From Amoebophrya sp. A120 (Eukaryota > Protista > Dinoflagellata): a stretch of DNA of 64,000 nucleotides. The DNA lies in assembly GCA_905178155.1 (NCBI GenBank), contig CAJINV010000005.1, forward strand, positions 6,249,207 through 6,313,206, written 5' to 3'. The translations under genes were made by a program, and so were the position numbers. The notes beneath the pieces are model-generated. The model did not search any database. It was not told the origin of the DNA and worked only from the letters and a program-made list of their open reading frames with translations. Of the stretch, positions 13,271 through 25,400 are shown piece after piece; within the stretch, counting starts at the first letter, position 1; every line of letters starts with the position of its first letter.

Positions 13271-13680
13271 CGCTCTCAATTTCTGGCTCGCCATATAACA
13301 GTAGCACGATTAAACAGGAACCTCGAAGGCTCTCACTTTCCGTCTCGACGACCGACAATCGATAACTCGAGGCGAAGTTGTCCGAACAGGATACAGTGGA
13401 GAGGAAGCTGTCTTATTCTTCTTTCCAGCTTTAATTCTTCGGAAGCGGACTCATAATTCCAAATCAAACAATAGCTCTACAGGTCCTGTCGCTTATTTGA
13501 AATTTTCTTGACCAACGCGTGCTGATGCTTTCAGCGAAACCTGTGATCACCTCCCGCAACCACATCGCATCTGTCCCATCAACCTCCTTCTATCACGCGA
13601 CCTTCGCAGCTGATGACTCCTGTAGATCCTCCTCCCTCTCTTACCGCCCAACACATCAAGAACTGCACCCGGTTCTGTGG

Positions 13681-16600
13681 TCATTTCTTCGCGAACAACT
13701 TACTTGCGGCGGCGGAGCTGCTGGTTTTGGCCGCGAACGCCCGCTGCACCGGTGACATGTCGGCCTTGGACTTCATTTTCGGTTTTTTCGGTTTCCGCAG
13801 CCCGACGTCATCCGTCTCCGGCTCGTCCGTCCACTTTAACCCTTATCCTGTGCAAAAGTATCGCACTCGTACTAATTGCAATCATGCATGACAAATCTTG
13901 TTTCTTAGCGAAATCAGCATTACAAGTTTCATTTTTTCTTCTGGAAAAATTTGTATTGCGATTTATACTAGTACGATACTTTTGCAATGCATAACCCTTT
14001 TGTGACGACGATGTCCCCAAATTTCTCCTCCTATCAAATGCAAATATGTCTGGGCCTGGGAGATTGTAAGACTTGTAATGCTCGGCTGACACGAGACAAA
14101 GATCTGTCATGCACGTTGCGCTTCTACCGAGCTGCTTTATTGTAATGCAAGAGCGCAGTTTTTCATGCAGTTTACACAAGACCTAGTCCTCGCTCAGAAA
14201 CTTGTCGTGCGTGTCACCGTATTGGAGGTTGCTTGTGATCCGCAAATTAGCATCACAACTTTCCAGACCCAGACATATTTGCAATGCATACGTCCTGCGC
14301 CACGTCAATCACCGACATGGTTTTCAAAACCAGCATCTCGAAAAAGCACCCGGCCTATCATATGTAAAAACGTCACCACCCACGAGTCAAGATGGGGATC
14401 TCGCAACAGAAGTCGAAAAGTGTTGGGAGTTAAGCATGACAAGTTCCTGTCTGCATTGTAGCGCAGTTTAGCAAGTACAGCCGCAACACAAACCAATCTA
14501 CTCATCCTGTTTACAGCATGACAGAGTCCAAAACACGATTGGAAATGCCTCTCACGGGGATGCGCATTACAACTCTTCCTGTAACTGCAAATCTGCATGA
14601 CAACTCTGGGGTGGGGACGATTTTCCTCAGGATACGGCCAGGGCCTTCTTCTTGTCCATCACGTGGAGGAAGGTGGGCTCTTGCTGCTCGCACACGTCCA
14701 GGTAGCTGAAAGTCGGCTCGACGGTTTTCTCCCCGTCCTCCTCGTTTTTTAAGTCGTCCAAGTGGTCGTGGCCATGTTTTTCCTTGTTCTCCTCGTATTT
14801 CCCGGAGATGAACTGGTGCATCTTCGCCGTTATGCATGGCAAAACTATCGTACTGCTTAATACGAATCTTCGCACGAGAACAAATGATCTTCCCAAACGG
14901 AAGCGGAACAAGTTCATGCAGGTTCAGGCAATCAAAAGTCGATCTGTCATGCTCGTCCGTGGCTGCAATCAGTATTAAAACATGAGTACGATAAACTTTT
15001 ACAGGGGATAGCCGTCCGGGCACTGTAACCGGTAATGTTTTCCTCTTCCTGGTCCTGGTTGTCGCCGGTGGTGCCCGCGATTTCGACCTGTAGGTATGCA
15101 GGAAAAAAACATTGTTAGTGTAAGTTTGTGATGCGCAACACGCATTAGATGATTGCGTCTGTTATGCTGGACATGCATTGCAGGGTCCATTCAAGCGCGT
15201 TTTGACGTGCTATCTGCGCATGACAGGTTTCTGCTGTCATGCCAGACACATTTGTAATGCTGATCAGCCAAAAAAGTTACACCTAGAATCTTTCTCTCTT
15301 GGATAGTAGGTGGATGTCGTTTTCTTATTTTCACAAGAACATAATCTGTTTCATCACGATGCAAAAATGAGGCACAAGTATGTATAGTTCTCTGTAAAAA
15401 GCACTAGCAACACGACAAAGTCAGTTTTTACAGTTTGCCGACGCTGCATCATAAAGAAGTACAAAAAAAACAATTTACCACTTCCATCATGGTTTTTGGT
15501 TTCTGCAGGTTGATCAACTTCAGGTCCTCGTCCATGCCTTTGAACGGTGACGGAGTGTTGCCAAACGCGGAGCCGCCGAAGATTGGAGAGTTGCCAAACC
15601 GCTGCTCTTGCTCCTCGGACAATCTTCGCTGCCTTTTCCATATCCTGTGCAAAAGTATCGCACTCGTAGTAATCGCAATCATGCATTACAAATTTTCATC
15701 CCAAGGCAAAACAGCATTACAAACTCCATTTGTCATGCCGAGCTTCTAATTTGTAATGCGATTACTACTAGCACGACGCTTTTGGTTTTGCAATTCATAT
15801 TCCAGGCCTCTTGATTTTTCTCCTCGTCAGACTCGTCCTCGAATTGCACCTGACTGTTCCGTCGTTTTCGCGGAGACCCGAAAATGTCGTCCTGCTTGCC
15901 CATCGGGTTAAAATTCGAGTTCGACAGAAGCGGTTGTTGGTCTGTATTGCCTTTTTGATTTGAAAGCAGAACATCTTGTTCCCCGGAGATGGAAAAATCG
16001 ATCTTCCTGCCCGAGGCATGATTACGGAAACTATAACTAGTAGTGTCGTCACGGAAATCAATATCGCCAAACTGCACAGCACCGCCATCGGGGTTCTTGC
16101 CAAAGCAAGCAGTAGAGTCGTTGTTATTTATGTCATCAGGGGAGTCGCCAATAGAATTATTTGTGCAATTTGTACTAGGGGTTCTTTTGGGGTTATTTTT
16201 CTGTAAGCTGTTTTTTCTATCACTGGCACCAGCTGGAGGAACTACTTCTATTGCTGCATCTTCCACTTCATCTGGGCTGCCGTCGAGCAGAATTGGCAGC
16301 ACTTCTACTTCTTGTGTCGCTTTATTTTTAGAACTTCTGCCCCTATTACTACCTCCGGACCTCAGATTTTCTAGCGCATCAGATATCTGCGAGTAGTCGC
16401 AGCGCGCATCCGGAGCAAAGGCGTTGTTTTTCCGGTCTCTACGCCGGAAATCAAACTTGCTTTTCGTCTCCTGTACAAGAGCCACGTTCTTATGTTCGTG
16501 CGCCGACGATGAAGATGAATCAAAACGACCTACTACACCAGCTTCACGACTACGTGAAGCATTTGAACCATCAGAGCCACGAATAACAAGGGGTGGTGAA

Positions 16601-19600
16601 CTACGAACCAAACTAGAAGAATCATCAGAAGTCTTACGCCGCCCCCTCCAGTGCGCGTAGACGTGGAACTCGGCCATTTGGTGGTTGAACGTCATCGCCA
16701 TGTGCGGCCTGCCGCCTTTCGGGAAGGGCAGATGATGAAACTCCTTCAGGATCGTATCAGATGTAAAAATGTCTGGGTCTGGAAGAGTGCAGGTTTGCTA
16801 TGCTTGTCTGGCATGACTCTCAAATCTGTCATGCACGTTACCCGAGAACGCCACTTTTCTGTCATGCAGAAACGTAGTTTGTCATGCAGAATAGGCAGCA
16901 CCTAGAAGCTCAGAAACTTGTCATGCTGAGCCAGCATTTATGGCCCCCTCATGATACGCCACCCAGCATCACAAGTTTCCAGACCCAGACATTTTTACAC
17001 TTGATAGATCGCTTTCATGTGCACCTTTTCCGGGTCGTTGCTGAAGAGCGGCAATGTGAATTTCTTCCGTCTCGAGATGTTTTTTCGCATCTCCTCGTAT
17101 GCTGAGCAAAAACATTCCCACCCCAGAGTCAAGTTGGGAACTTAGCAACACTAATCCAGAAGTTTTGCGGGGAAGCATGACAAGTTTCTCTCTGTATTGT
17201 AGTGCAGGGTAGCAAGCACAACCGCATCACAAAGCCATTCTCCCATCCTGCTTACAGCATTACGAATACCAAAACACGATGGGGAATGCCTGTCATGCGG
17301 GCCCGCATTCCAATTGTTGCTGTAATTGCAAACCTGCATGACAACTCTGGTATGGGGACGTTTTCGCTGCGGATACCTCGTCTGTCAGCGTCAACTTCTC
17401 CCGGTCGGGCCCGTCGGGTTGGAGTTGCTTGAAAAAGGTCAGGATTTTCTGCTGCTCCGAGACGAGTGGCTTCTGCTTTTTGCTTTTCAACAGCGTCTGC
17501 GGATCCTGGTATGGCGTTCTCAAACGTTACACTCTCAACTCTTACATGATACTGTCATGCAAAAGTGCCTGCAGCCGGCAGATGATCGAGCTGCTTCGCA
17601 TGACAAATTTCGGAAGAGCTAAAAAGCATCTAAATCTGCGCCAAACTTGTAATGCAAAAGGCGCATTCTTCCTCCTTTCACTCTTGCCAGTCTTGCATTA
17701 CAAATTCATGTGACAGTTGAGAGTGTAACGTTTGAGAACTCCATACCTGGGGTTGTTGTCCGGGTATGGCGGAGGAGGAGGCGCTGGGCTGGTTTCCGGG
17801 TTCGATGCCCGGTATTGCTTGCTGCTGACCACCGTCTCCGGCCAACCCTAGACCACCAAGCCCAATTGGTGCAGCTCCTCCAGGCTGTAACACCACCTGT
17901 TGTGCCCGGTCGAGTAAGGTGTTTGGGTCCAGGAGAAATGGTGTGTTGTTCACTTGTTGCTGCTGAAAGGGCGTGGGGTTGTTCGTTTGATTCGATTGCA
18001 GGAACTGGTTCACGGAGTTCGGCGTCCCGGCGCCGTCCTGTAAACCACCGCCGGGGGTTTCCGGGGGTTTGCCCAATATTGGCAACCCGGTCACGGGGTC
18101 GAGCATTGGGGTCTGGCCGAACAGATTTTGGGCCGCGAGGTCCTGCGGGGCGCCGACGGGGGTGGGGAGCTGTGGGTGGATTTTTGTCGTGAAAAATTGC
18201 CGTCGCAGACGACTGCACAAAATTTTTGTCATGCAGAATCGGCGGCACCAACCAGACTCACAAGCAACATAAAGCAAGAACCATCAGTGCGGCGTATCAA
18301 CATGCATACAGTTCTTCTTCAACAATAGCGAAAACTACTCTTACATCGTCTCCAAACCCAGCCCCGGCTGCGGGCGTGCCGGCGACGTTGTTGACACCGC
18401 CTACTACACTTGCGTTCCCCATTTCCACGTCAAGGTTTAGGTCGGGCATGGGTGCGTCGTTGCCGAAATCCATGTCCATGTCCATGCCAGTGGAGTCCCT
18501 CTTCCCGGGCGAGTCGGGGTCCTCTTCCGGGTAGTCAAAGACCGGCAAGTCCTGCAACACGAGCATGTTGTCGTGCCCCTGTTCGATTTCCAACTCCTCC
18601 AGCACGTCGCGCTTGCGGTTGTGTTGCTGTAGTAGACGTATGGAAGCGTCAGGTTTGAAATCGTCAAAGTTGAAATAATTTGTAATGCATAAAATGCATG
18701 ACCCGAGGCACGTGTGTTGCAGAGCAGGCAAGTGAGGCCGATTGTAAGCCTGGTTGGGGTTACAGCTCGAGCTGCTAAAGTAGCATGAGAAAATCGCTCT
18801 TCTTTGCCTAAACAGCATGACAAACTGGATTTAAGGGCCACCAAGATTTGTCATGCGCCACTTGGAAACTGGGTTCCAACTGGCATCCATTTTGTGCATG
18901 ACAAATTATTTTAACTTTGTCGATTTCAACTCTGACACATCCATAAGACGTGTGTTTCTTGTAATTAGGTGGTGTCAACATGCTGATACCCTACGCAACA
19001 CAAATTCATGTACTATACAGGAGCTACAACCCAACACAAATCCTATTTATACGTATTTACCACTTGTTCCGGCATAGTAATGGCTGTTCTTTCCGCTTTG
19101 TGCCTGGACGTTGCCCAGTCGACCTGTTTCCCGTCTAAATCGTTTTGGAATAATTTCTCCTCCTCCACGACCCCCTCCGCGTTGATATTCCCTTGCTGCA
19201 TCATGTGTCGCTGTGCCTTCGTGTAGCCATCTGGGTTGTTGTTGATTTGGTTCGCCTCGTCCAGGATGTTCTTCTTGTCATACTCCCAATTCGCCTTCAT
19301 CAAACTGTAATTCGCTTCCGCATATCGAATGCAAAAATGTCTGGGTCTGGAAACTTGTGATGCAAAAAGTGGATGCTAGCCGGACTGCAATACGCAGCCC
19401 AGCATGACAAATTTTTGAGCTGCTATGTGTTGCGTATTCCGCATGAGGAGCTGCGTTTTTGCATGACAGATAGGCGAAGCTTTTCGCGCCCATGCATCAC
19501 AGATTCTCGTGTCATGTGACATGACATGACTCATGTCAGACATGCATGACAAATGTCAGAATCTTCCAGACCCAGACATTTTTGCAATCCATACCACATC

Positions 19601-21175
19601 CGCGTCGTTCTGCTCCTGTTTCATGTCCAACACCCGCACCCCGCCGAAAATCAGCGTCGCGTTATGCATTGCAAAAGCATCGTACTAGTATGAATTGCAT
19701 TACAAATTTGCTCAGCATGAGAAATAAGGTTTGTCATGCTGTTTTACCTTTGGATGGAGATTTGTAATGCACAACTGCGATTACTACGAGTACGATACTT
19801 TTGCATTTCATACGCGTGCTCCCGGAGCCACGACGGGTGCGACATGAGTTCGTCTTTTTCTTCTTTCGTCAACGGCTATCAAATGCAAAAATGTCTGGGT
19901 CTCGAAGGTTCTGAGACTTGTTATGCACGCCCTAGCGTCGCATATTTTTAGAGGGCTTCCTGATGCCTACTCCGCATGACAAACGCCCTCCCTTCGTAGC
20001 ACTACTCCTCCTACTCCTCTTGCACTTGCTGGTCATGCAATACAAATTTTTTTAGAGTCCAAAGTTAGCATCACAAGTTCCAACCTTCCAGAACCAGACC
20101 CAGACACTTTTGCACTTGATAACGGCCGTTGCGGCACTATTTCCCCGTTTTCATCGACATACTCCGATTTGTACACTGTACTTGCGGTTGCTTGTCGCAC
20201 GAACTCTACGAGAGGGAAGTCCCGGGCCGCCTGCGGTTTCATCGATTTCTCGTTGTAAGCCACCTGGAACAGCTGCCGACTCGGTCCGTCGAGGTGGGCG
20301 CCCGCGAGGGTGTTTTCCTCCTCGTTCTCCGTGCCGGATTTTTTGTTTTTGTCCTCATTGTCGTTGACAAAATCGCCATCGTCGGCGCCGAGCTTCAGCG
20401 CTTGTTTATTTTTCTTCGGCGCCATATTTTTTCCTTTAATATTTTTTCCGTCAGCAGATGAAATTTCGCCTCTAGCGAGTTTTTGTAAATACGGTGCCTG
20501 GTGCTCTATGTTATAGACACTGTACCCCCTATCGACCACTTTTCCGTTCTGTTTTTTCTTATTTTGAAACTGCAATTCAGACCAGGGAATATTTGGCGTA
20601 AGTGTAGTCGGAAAACCACCGGGGCGTAGATGCCAGGAAATAAGAATCTTCGGGGTCCTAGGGAGGTTCTTCTTCTTTTCCTCATCTTCATTGTGCTCCC
20701 TATCAAGAAACGCGCCAGGACGATTCTTGTATCGATTAAAGCGACCAAGAGAAGCATCCAAGTGGGACTGGGTGGAAAACGAATTATAATTTATTGCTGC
20801 TGCAGCTGCACTAGAACTACTACGACTACTGGTACTACTACTAGATGAAGACACGGCAGCAGCTGCAGTGTTTGCTCTTTGATGTGTTTCATCTTCTTTC
20901 AAAAACAGGTCGGCAAATCTACTACTGTTTCTAGCATTTAAAGCCTTTGACTTGATAGAAGAAGACCCTCTAGCAGAGGACGACGACGGATTGGTGTTTC
21001 CAACTCTGTTATACTTCACATCACGACCTTGCTCACCTTGCTTATGTTTACTACTTGCGCTTGCTCCTCCGCCACCACCTGCCCCGTCAGTGTGCGAAGC
21101 TGAGGACAAACTCTTGTTCCTTTGTTCCGAAAGGAATTCTTCGAAAATCGACTTCTTTGGTGGCATGGCTACCAC
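13681..21175 (-). CDS. RAD21: Rad21/Rec8-family cohesin kleisin (13 introners plus about 3 other introns); start may be the ATG at 20425
   Basis: The spliced product has N-terminal kleisin-like GPSRQLFQVAYNEK...LREHATLIFGGVRVL and a C-terminal winged helix KKKALAGCFFEMLVLKTMSVIDVAQDEEKFGDIVVTKG; TGA at 13681-13683. Confidence 0.8.
13844..13993. mobile_element. Introner family A
   Basis: DR accct/accct. Confidence 0.9.
14032..14290. mobile_element. Introner family D2
   Basis: DR cctcc/cgtcc. Confidence 0.88.
14356..14634. mobile_element. Introner family G
   Basis: DR cggcc/cggcc. Confidence 0.9.
14831..15010. mobile_element. Introner, diverged family A
   Basis: DR gccgt/gccgt. Confidence 0.82.
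15095..15305. mobile_element. Introner family B
   Basis: DR gtagg/gtagg. Confidence 0.85.
15641..15799. mobile_element. Introner family A
   Basis: DR ttcca/ttcca. Confidence 0.9.
16755..17006. mobile_element. Introner family D2
   Basis: DR gatcg/gatcg; very similar to 45972-46223. Confidence 0.9.
17098..17375. mobile_element. Introner family G
   Basis: DR cctcg/cctcg. Confidence 0.88.
17510..17745. mobile_element. Introner family E
   Basis: About 30-bp near-perfect TIR, DR cctgg/cctgg. Confidence 0.92.
18639..18945. mobile_element. Introner family H (TIR TATGGAWGYGTCAG..GAAATCGWCAAA)
   Basis: About 50-bp TIR, DR agacg/agacg; homologue at 47221. Confidence 0.9.
19323..19593. mobile_element. 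Introner family D2
   Basis: DR ccgca/ccaca. Confidence 0.88.
19663..19812. mobile_element. Introner family A (reverse orientation)
   Basis: DR cgcgt/cgcgt. Confidence 0.9.
19877..20121. mobile_element. Introner family D1
   Basis: DR acggc/acggc. Confidence 0.9.
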
Positions 21176-22400
21176 TAGTACGACCTTTGAACTTACTTAC
21201 AACTTGGTTTGTACGTTTATACAAGTGTATTTGGGTAAAAATATTTGCCGAAACAGAAGCGCGTAGTACGGATGATTTGAAAAATGATCTTACAAGTGGA
21301 AGTGCTCGTAGGTCGTGCAACAAATAAAGAAAAGTGCCTTTAGTGCCAGTGTCAGAAGTGTGTAGAAAATCTTACAGAAGTACCGTGTGAATAAACCAAT
21401 CTTCAGAAAAGAAACGAGGTTGTGTCAACAATTGTAAAAAAATCACCTTGTACTGTATAGATGAAATCGCTAATCCTAGCACGATCGAAACAAAAAACTC
21501 TCAACGCTGCCGTAGCCGTACTCTCAGCGATGACAACTTGACGAAATAAAGTTCTCTCTTGTACAACTGCGGTCTCGCTGTCAAATCATCGGCATTTGCA
21601 GGCTGTGAAAGAGCATCTTCGTGAAAGCAAAGATCCTCTCATTGTTGTTTGTAATCATAGCTGTCCACTCGCAATAACAGTAATCTGGCTGTAGCTTTCA
21701 CTCCTTTGATTCGAGCATCTATTCATTTTACCGGACTTTATTGGTAGCAGGCCTAGGGATAGGATTTTGAACTGAGATGAGCAAGACCTGTAGTACAAGA
21801 GCCGCAGTTTATTTTTTCCCGATGCTGGCCACAATGCGCGACAGAGATCCTCACGAAAGACGTGCAAGGGTGGCGCGTACCACAGACACATCTGATACGA
21901 TGTTTTTCGTTCTCGCCAACAACTGGAACTCAATGTTCGTCGTGGTAAAACTAGATGAGATCCACCACCAGCACCACAAGAATAGGTCGGCTATCGGGGC
22001 ACTTCTTCCCACTAAATTTTGATGTTCGTAAAGTCACCAGTCGACCGCACGACAATGTGCGAAAGTTTTCGTTTCTTTCCGCGATATGATTCATCTCGAC
22101 TTCGAGAGACGAAAGCTGTCATAAATTTCAGTGATCGTGTTCGTGATCATGATTCGTGTTTGATACAATTGAGATGAGACAAGAAGAGCAGTACGTACAC
22201 TAGAACCAAGCACTGCTTACTTAATCATCTTGGTTCTACTTGTTTTCTGGTAGCAACGAGGCTAGAGCTATCCCTACCTCGTTCCATGCTCCTTTCCCTT
22301 TGCCACGATTTCGCATGACAAACTCGACTTTCACCGTGGTATCAACACCAGTTCTGTATTCTCAACAGGACAAGAACAACCAGCAATAAATATTCTGATG

Positions 22401-25400
22401 CTAGATGCCCAACAGCAAATTGTGGTAATCCAGCATTTCCTGATCCTCCTCGTTGTTCTCGTTTTGCGGTTTATTCGCGTTGCTGTTCTCCCCCACCGCA
22501 GCTCCATTCGCAGTGTTATTTGTATTGCCGTTTGTCGCATCACCTCCCTGATTTGCCATGCCAGGCTGCTGCCCAGCACCACCTGCATTGTTGTTCCCCG
22601 CAGCACCAGCGAGCAACGCCTTCTCCTCTAATTGCTGCAACTTTTGATTCTGCACTTGCTGCTGAAAGCCCGCAAGCAGGTTTTGCTGGTGCCCAGAAGA
22701 GGCAGCTGCACCTGCAGCTCCCTGCTGCATTTGTAGTCCTCCTGGTCCTGTTCCAAAGCCGCCAGCAGGAGCGCCTAAAGGATTGTTGTTCATCTGATTG
22801 CTCGGCATTTCAAACGCCTGCTGTGTCATCACGACATCTCCAACTGTGTTTTGCTGGATTTGGTTTTGGTTCTGCATCTGCTGTGGTCCTCCCTGCACCA
22901 TCCCCATTCCGTAAACCGCACTACTCGCACTCGCCCCGATGTTATGAAGGTGCACAACTCCCCCTCGTCCCCCTCATTTGTATTGCATGAACAGCAATAC
23001 AAACACCAGCGCAGCACGTGGAGCCTGTTTGGGCTTCCGCCGGATGAATCTGTCATGCAAAGAGTGCTACAGGGAAGCACTTGGCTTTCGGCTTTTGCAT
23101 GACAAGTGAGGGGGAAGGGCGGGAGTTGTGCACTCTCATAGATATTCGTCGGCAGTAGCATCTGATTCGCTTGCCGATTCGTCGTGGACCCACTTCCGTC
23201 ATTCTCCGTATTAACGCCGGTAGCGGCCGTGTTGAAATTCCCCGTCTGATTTGTCGTTTTCCCGAGCCCACCCACATCCACGCCCATGAGCAACGCCGCG
23301 GCGTTCCGCTTCAACGTTTCCGTGTTGTGCTTCGCGACGCGGTGCGCTGGGTTTCGCGGATCAAACTTCTCCGCGGACGTTGGGGTCGTTAACCCCCCGG
23401 CGCCCGGATTGCTCCGTGTGCTCATATCACCTCCTGTCGTCCCTAAAGGCGCGTTTGGATTGATATTCCTCACCGCCCGCGACTGCAGATGGCCGGCGAA
23501 AGTGGCACTCACGTCGGCGCTACTACTCCCGGGAGTGATGGCTCCGCCCAGTTTCTGCACCTTGTCGCCGACGAGCACACTGCCCATGTTACTCGCCGTT
23601 TGGAGGTTGATTAACGCCTGGGTTACCAAAGCGGTTGCCTCTGCTTTCCTTGTCGTTTCGGTGTTCTTCCCCTCCAGCATGTCGAACCCGACAGGGAGAT
23701 TTAACTGGTCGTGCTTGTGGTTCACGTTGGAAGCAGTGTGTGCGTCTCTTGGCGAGATCTTCTTCCCACCTTGCCCCCCTGGCAGGTGCGTGCCGAAGCC
23801 CAAAGTTGTACTTGTCGGAGTTTGCAATGAATTGCTGTTATTCGTATTGTTGTTCCCCATAAGGGGGAGTGGCAATGCGCGGGAGTTTTGGCTTCTCGTG
23901 CTGCCAAAACCAGGTGGTCCTGCTCCGCCGACGTTGGTAGGCGTTTGGTTTCTTCCAGTGCCTATTGGCAAAGGTAGGACGGACGGAGCAGCTTGGGCTG
24001 AAGCTCCCGTTGGCCCGAGTGTAGGGGAAAGCGTAGAAGATCCACCAACCGGGAATGTGCTGAAGTCCTTCGATCCCTTCGGACCTAATTTGCTCAGTTG
24101 CTGCGCACCCTTGACGCCCTTCGCTGCGAGCCTCGCAGCCATGGAAGGGGAGCCGATGGTGAGGTTGCCGCTACCATCAATCCGGTTCACGACCGGAATG
24201 AAATTTGGATTGAGACTGGAGGAAGAGACGGCCGGTGGGGAAATGACCGGAGGGGGAGGGAGAGGAAGTTGTGGCGATTTTGGTGGCGGGGGGAGGAGAG
24301 AAGTTGTACTATTACCTGACACGTCGGGCGGATTTATCTGCAACAGGTTCGGCACAACTGGTGGTGGTTGATTGTTCACTGCTGGATTGTTGTTTATTGT
24401 CGTGCTAGAGCTAGTTTTGTCGCTGGCTAGCATGATCTTCTTCCACGGCGCATCTTCCTCGACCGCTTGCTTTTCGATGTTCCAAGGTGCCTCTTCTGCG
24501 ACTTTTCGCCTTTTCCTTTTCTCGCCTTTTCGCTTCTTGCCCGCTTGCGCTTTCATCACGGCCTGGAATGAGGTTTTATTCATGATGGCATGATCATGTG
24601 TAGCAAGAGGAAGAGGAAGACACAATTTTTGCATGACAAATCCAAATTCGGATTTGGAGGTCACTTTCAGCGGATAATTTCAGCACCATTCCGAAGCCTA
24701 TTTCGCACAAACGCTAAATGGCAAGAAGTGGAAACAACTACTTACATAATTCTATTCAAATCTATACCTCTCTCTCCCCCTGGTAATCTCGGACTTGAAA
24801 CAGCATCTCCTCCTTTTTCAGTTCCAAAAGCCGTTGGTCCAGTTTTTTTTTCCGATCCTCCAGCTCTTTCACTTTTTTGAACCCGTTCTTGAACGCCGCT
24901 CGTTGCTCTTCCCGCATACCGAGCGTGGAAACCCCGCCGTATTCCTCCGCGATAGTTTCCTCGACTTCTACCTCCTGAAACTGCGGCTTCACGTAGAGCG
25001 TCGATTGCTCCTTGGCTTTTTTCTCCCGATCTTCCTTTCGGATCAGGTCTAGGTGTATCAAATGCAAAAATGTCTGGGTCTGGAAGGATGCAAGGTTTGT
25101 CATCCACATTTTGCATGACTCCTGATGTCTGTGATGCATGCCCTAGCATCACAGATTTTGTGAGGGCTTCCTGATGCCTCTATCGCATGAGAAATGCCGT
25201 GTCGCCCTGGCAAAAACTGGACCGCTTTTGCTGTTCATGCAATACAGATTCTTGTAGAATAAGAATTCAGACGCAGCATCACAAGTTGCATCCTTCCAGA
25301 TCCAGAGATATTTGCAATGCATAAGGTGCATATCAGACACGTGCTCCTCGTGATTCTGCTCTTTCGAATTCGTCGCCACGATGGGTTGCTGATAAGATTT

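Noticed and set aside
11959-13456. Real genes in the GC-rich island ORFs (321 aa, 204 aa)
   Set aside because: Ala/Arg/Pro/Gly-rich ORFs are open in many frames at once, as expected from stop-codon depletion at high GC
21508-21525. Dinoflagellate spliced-leader relic (CCGTAGCC; similar at about 51444)
   Set aside because: Only about 8 nt match and the ATTTTGGCTCAAG part is absent
5425-24371. Long plus-strand ORFs such as 5425-6381, 11065-11691 and 23286-24371
   Set aside because: They look like antisense shadows of minus-strand exons with no recognisable domains; 5425-6381 also runs into an introner
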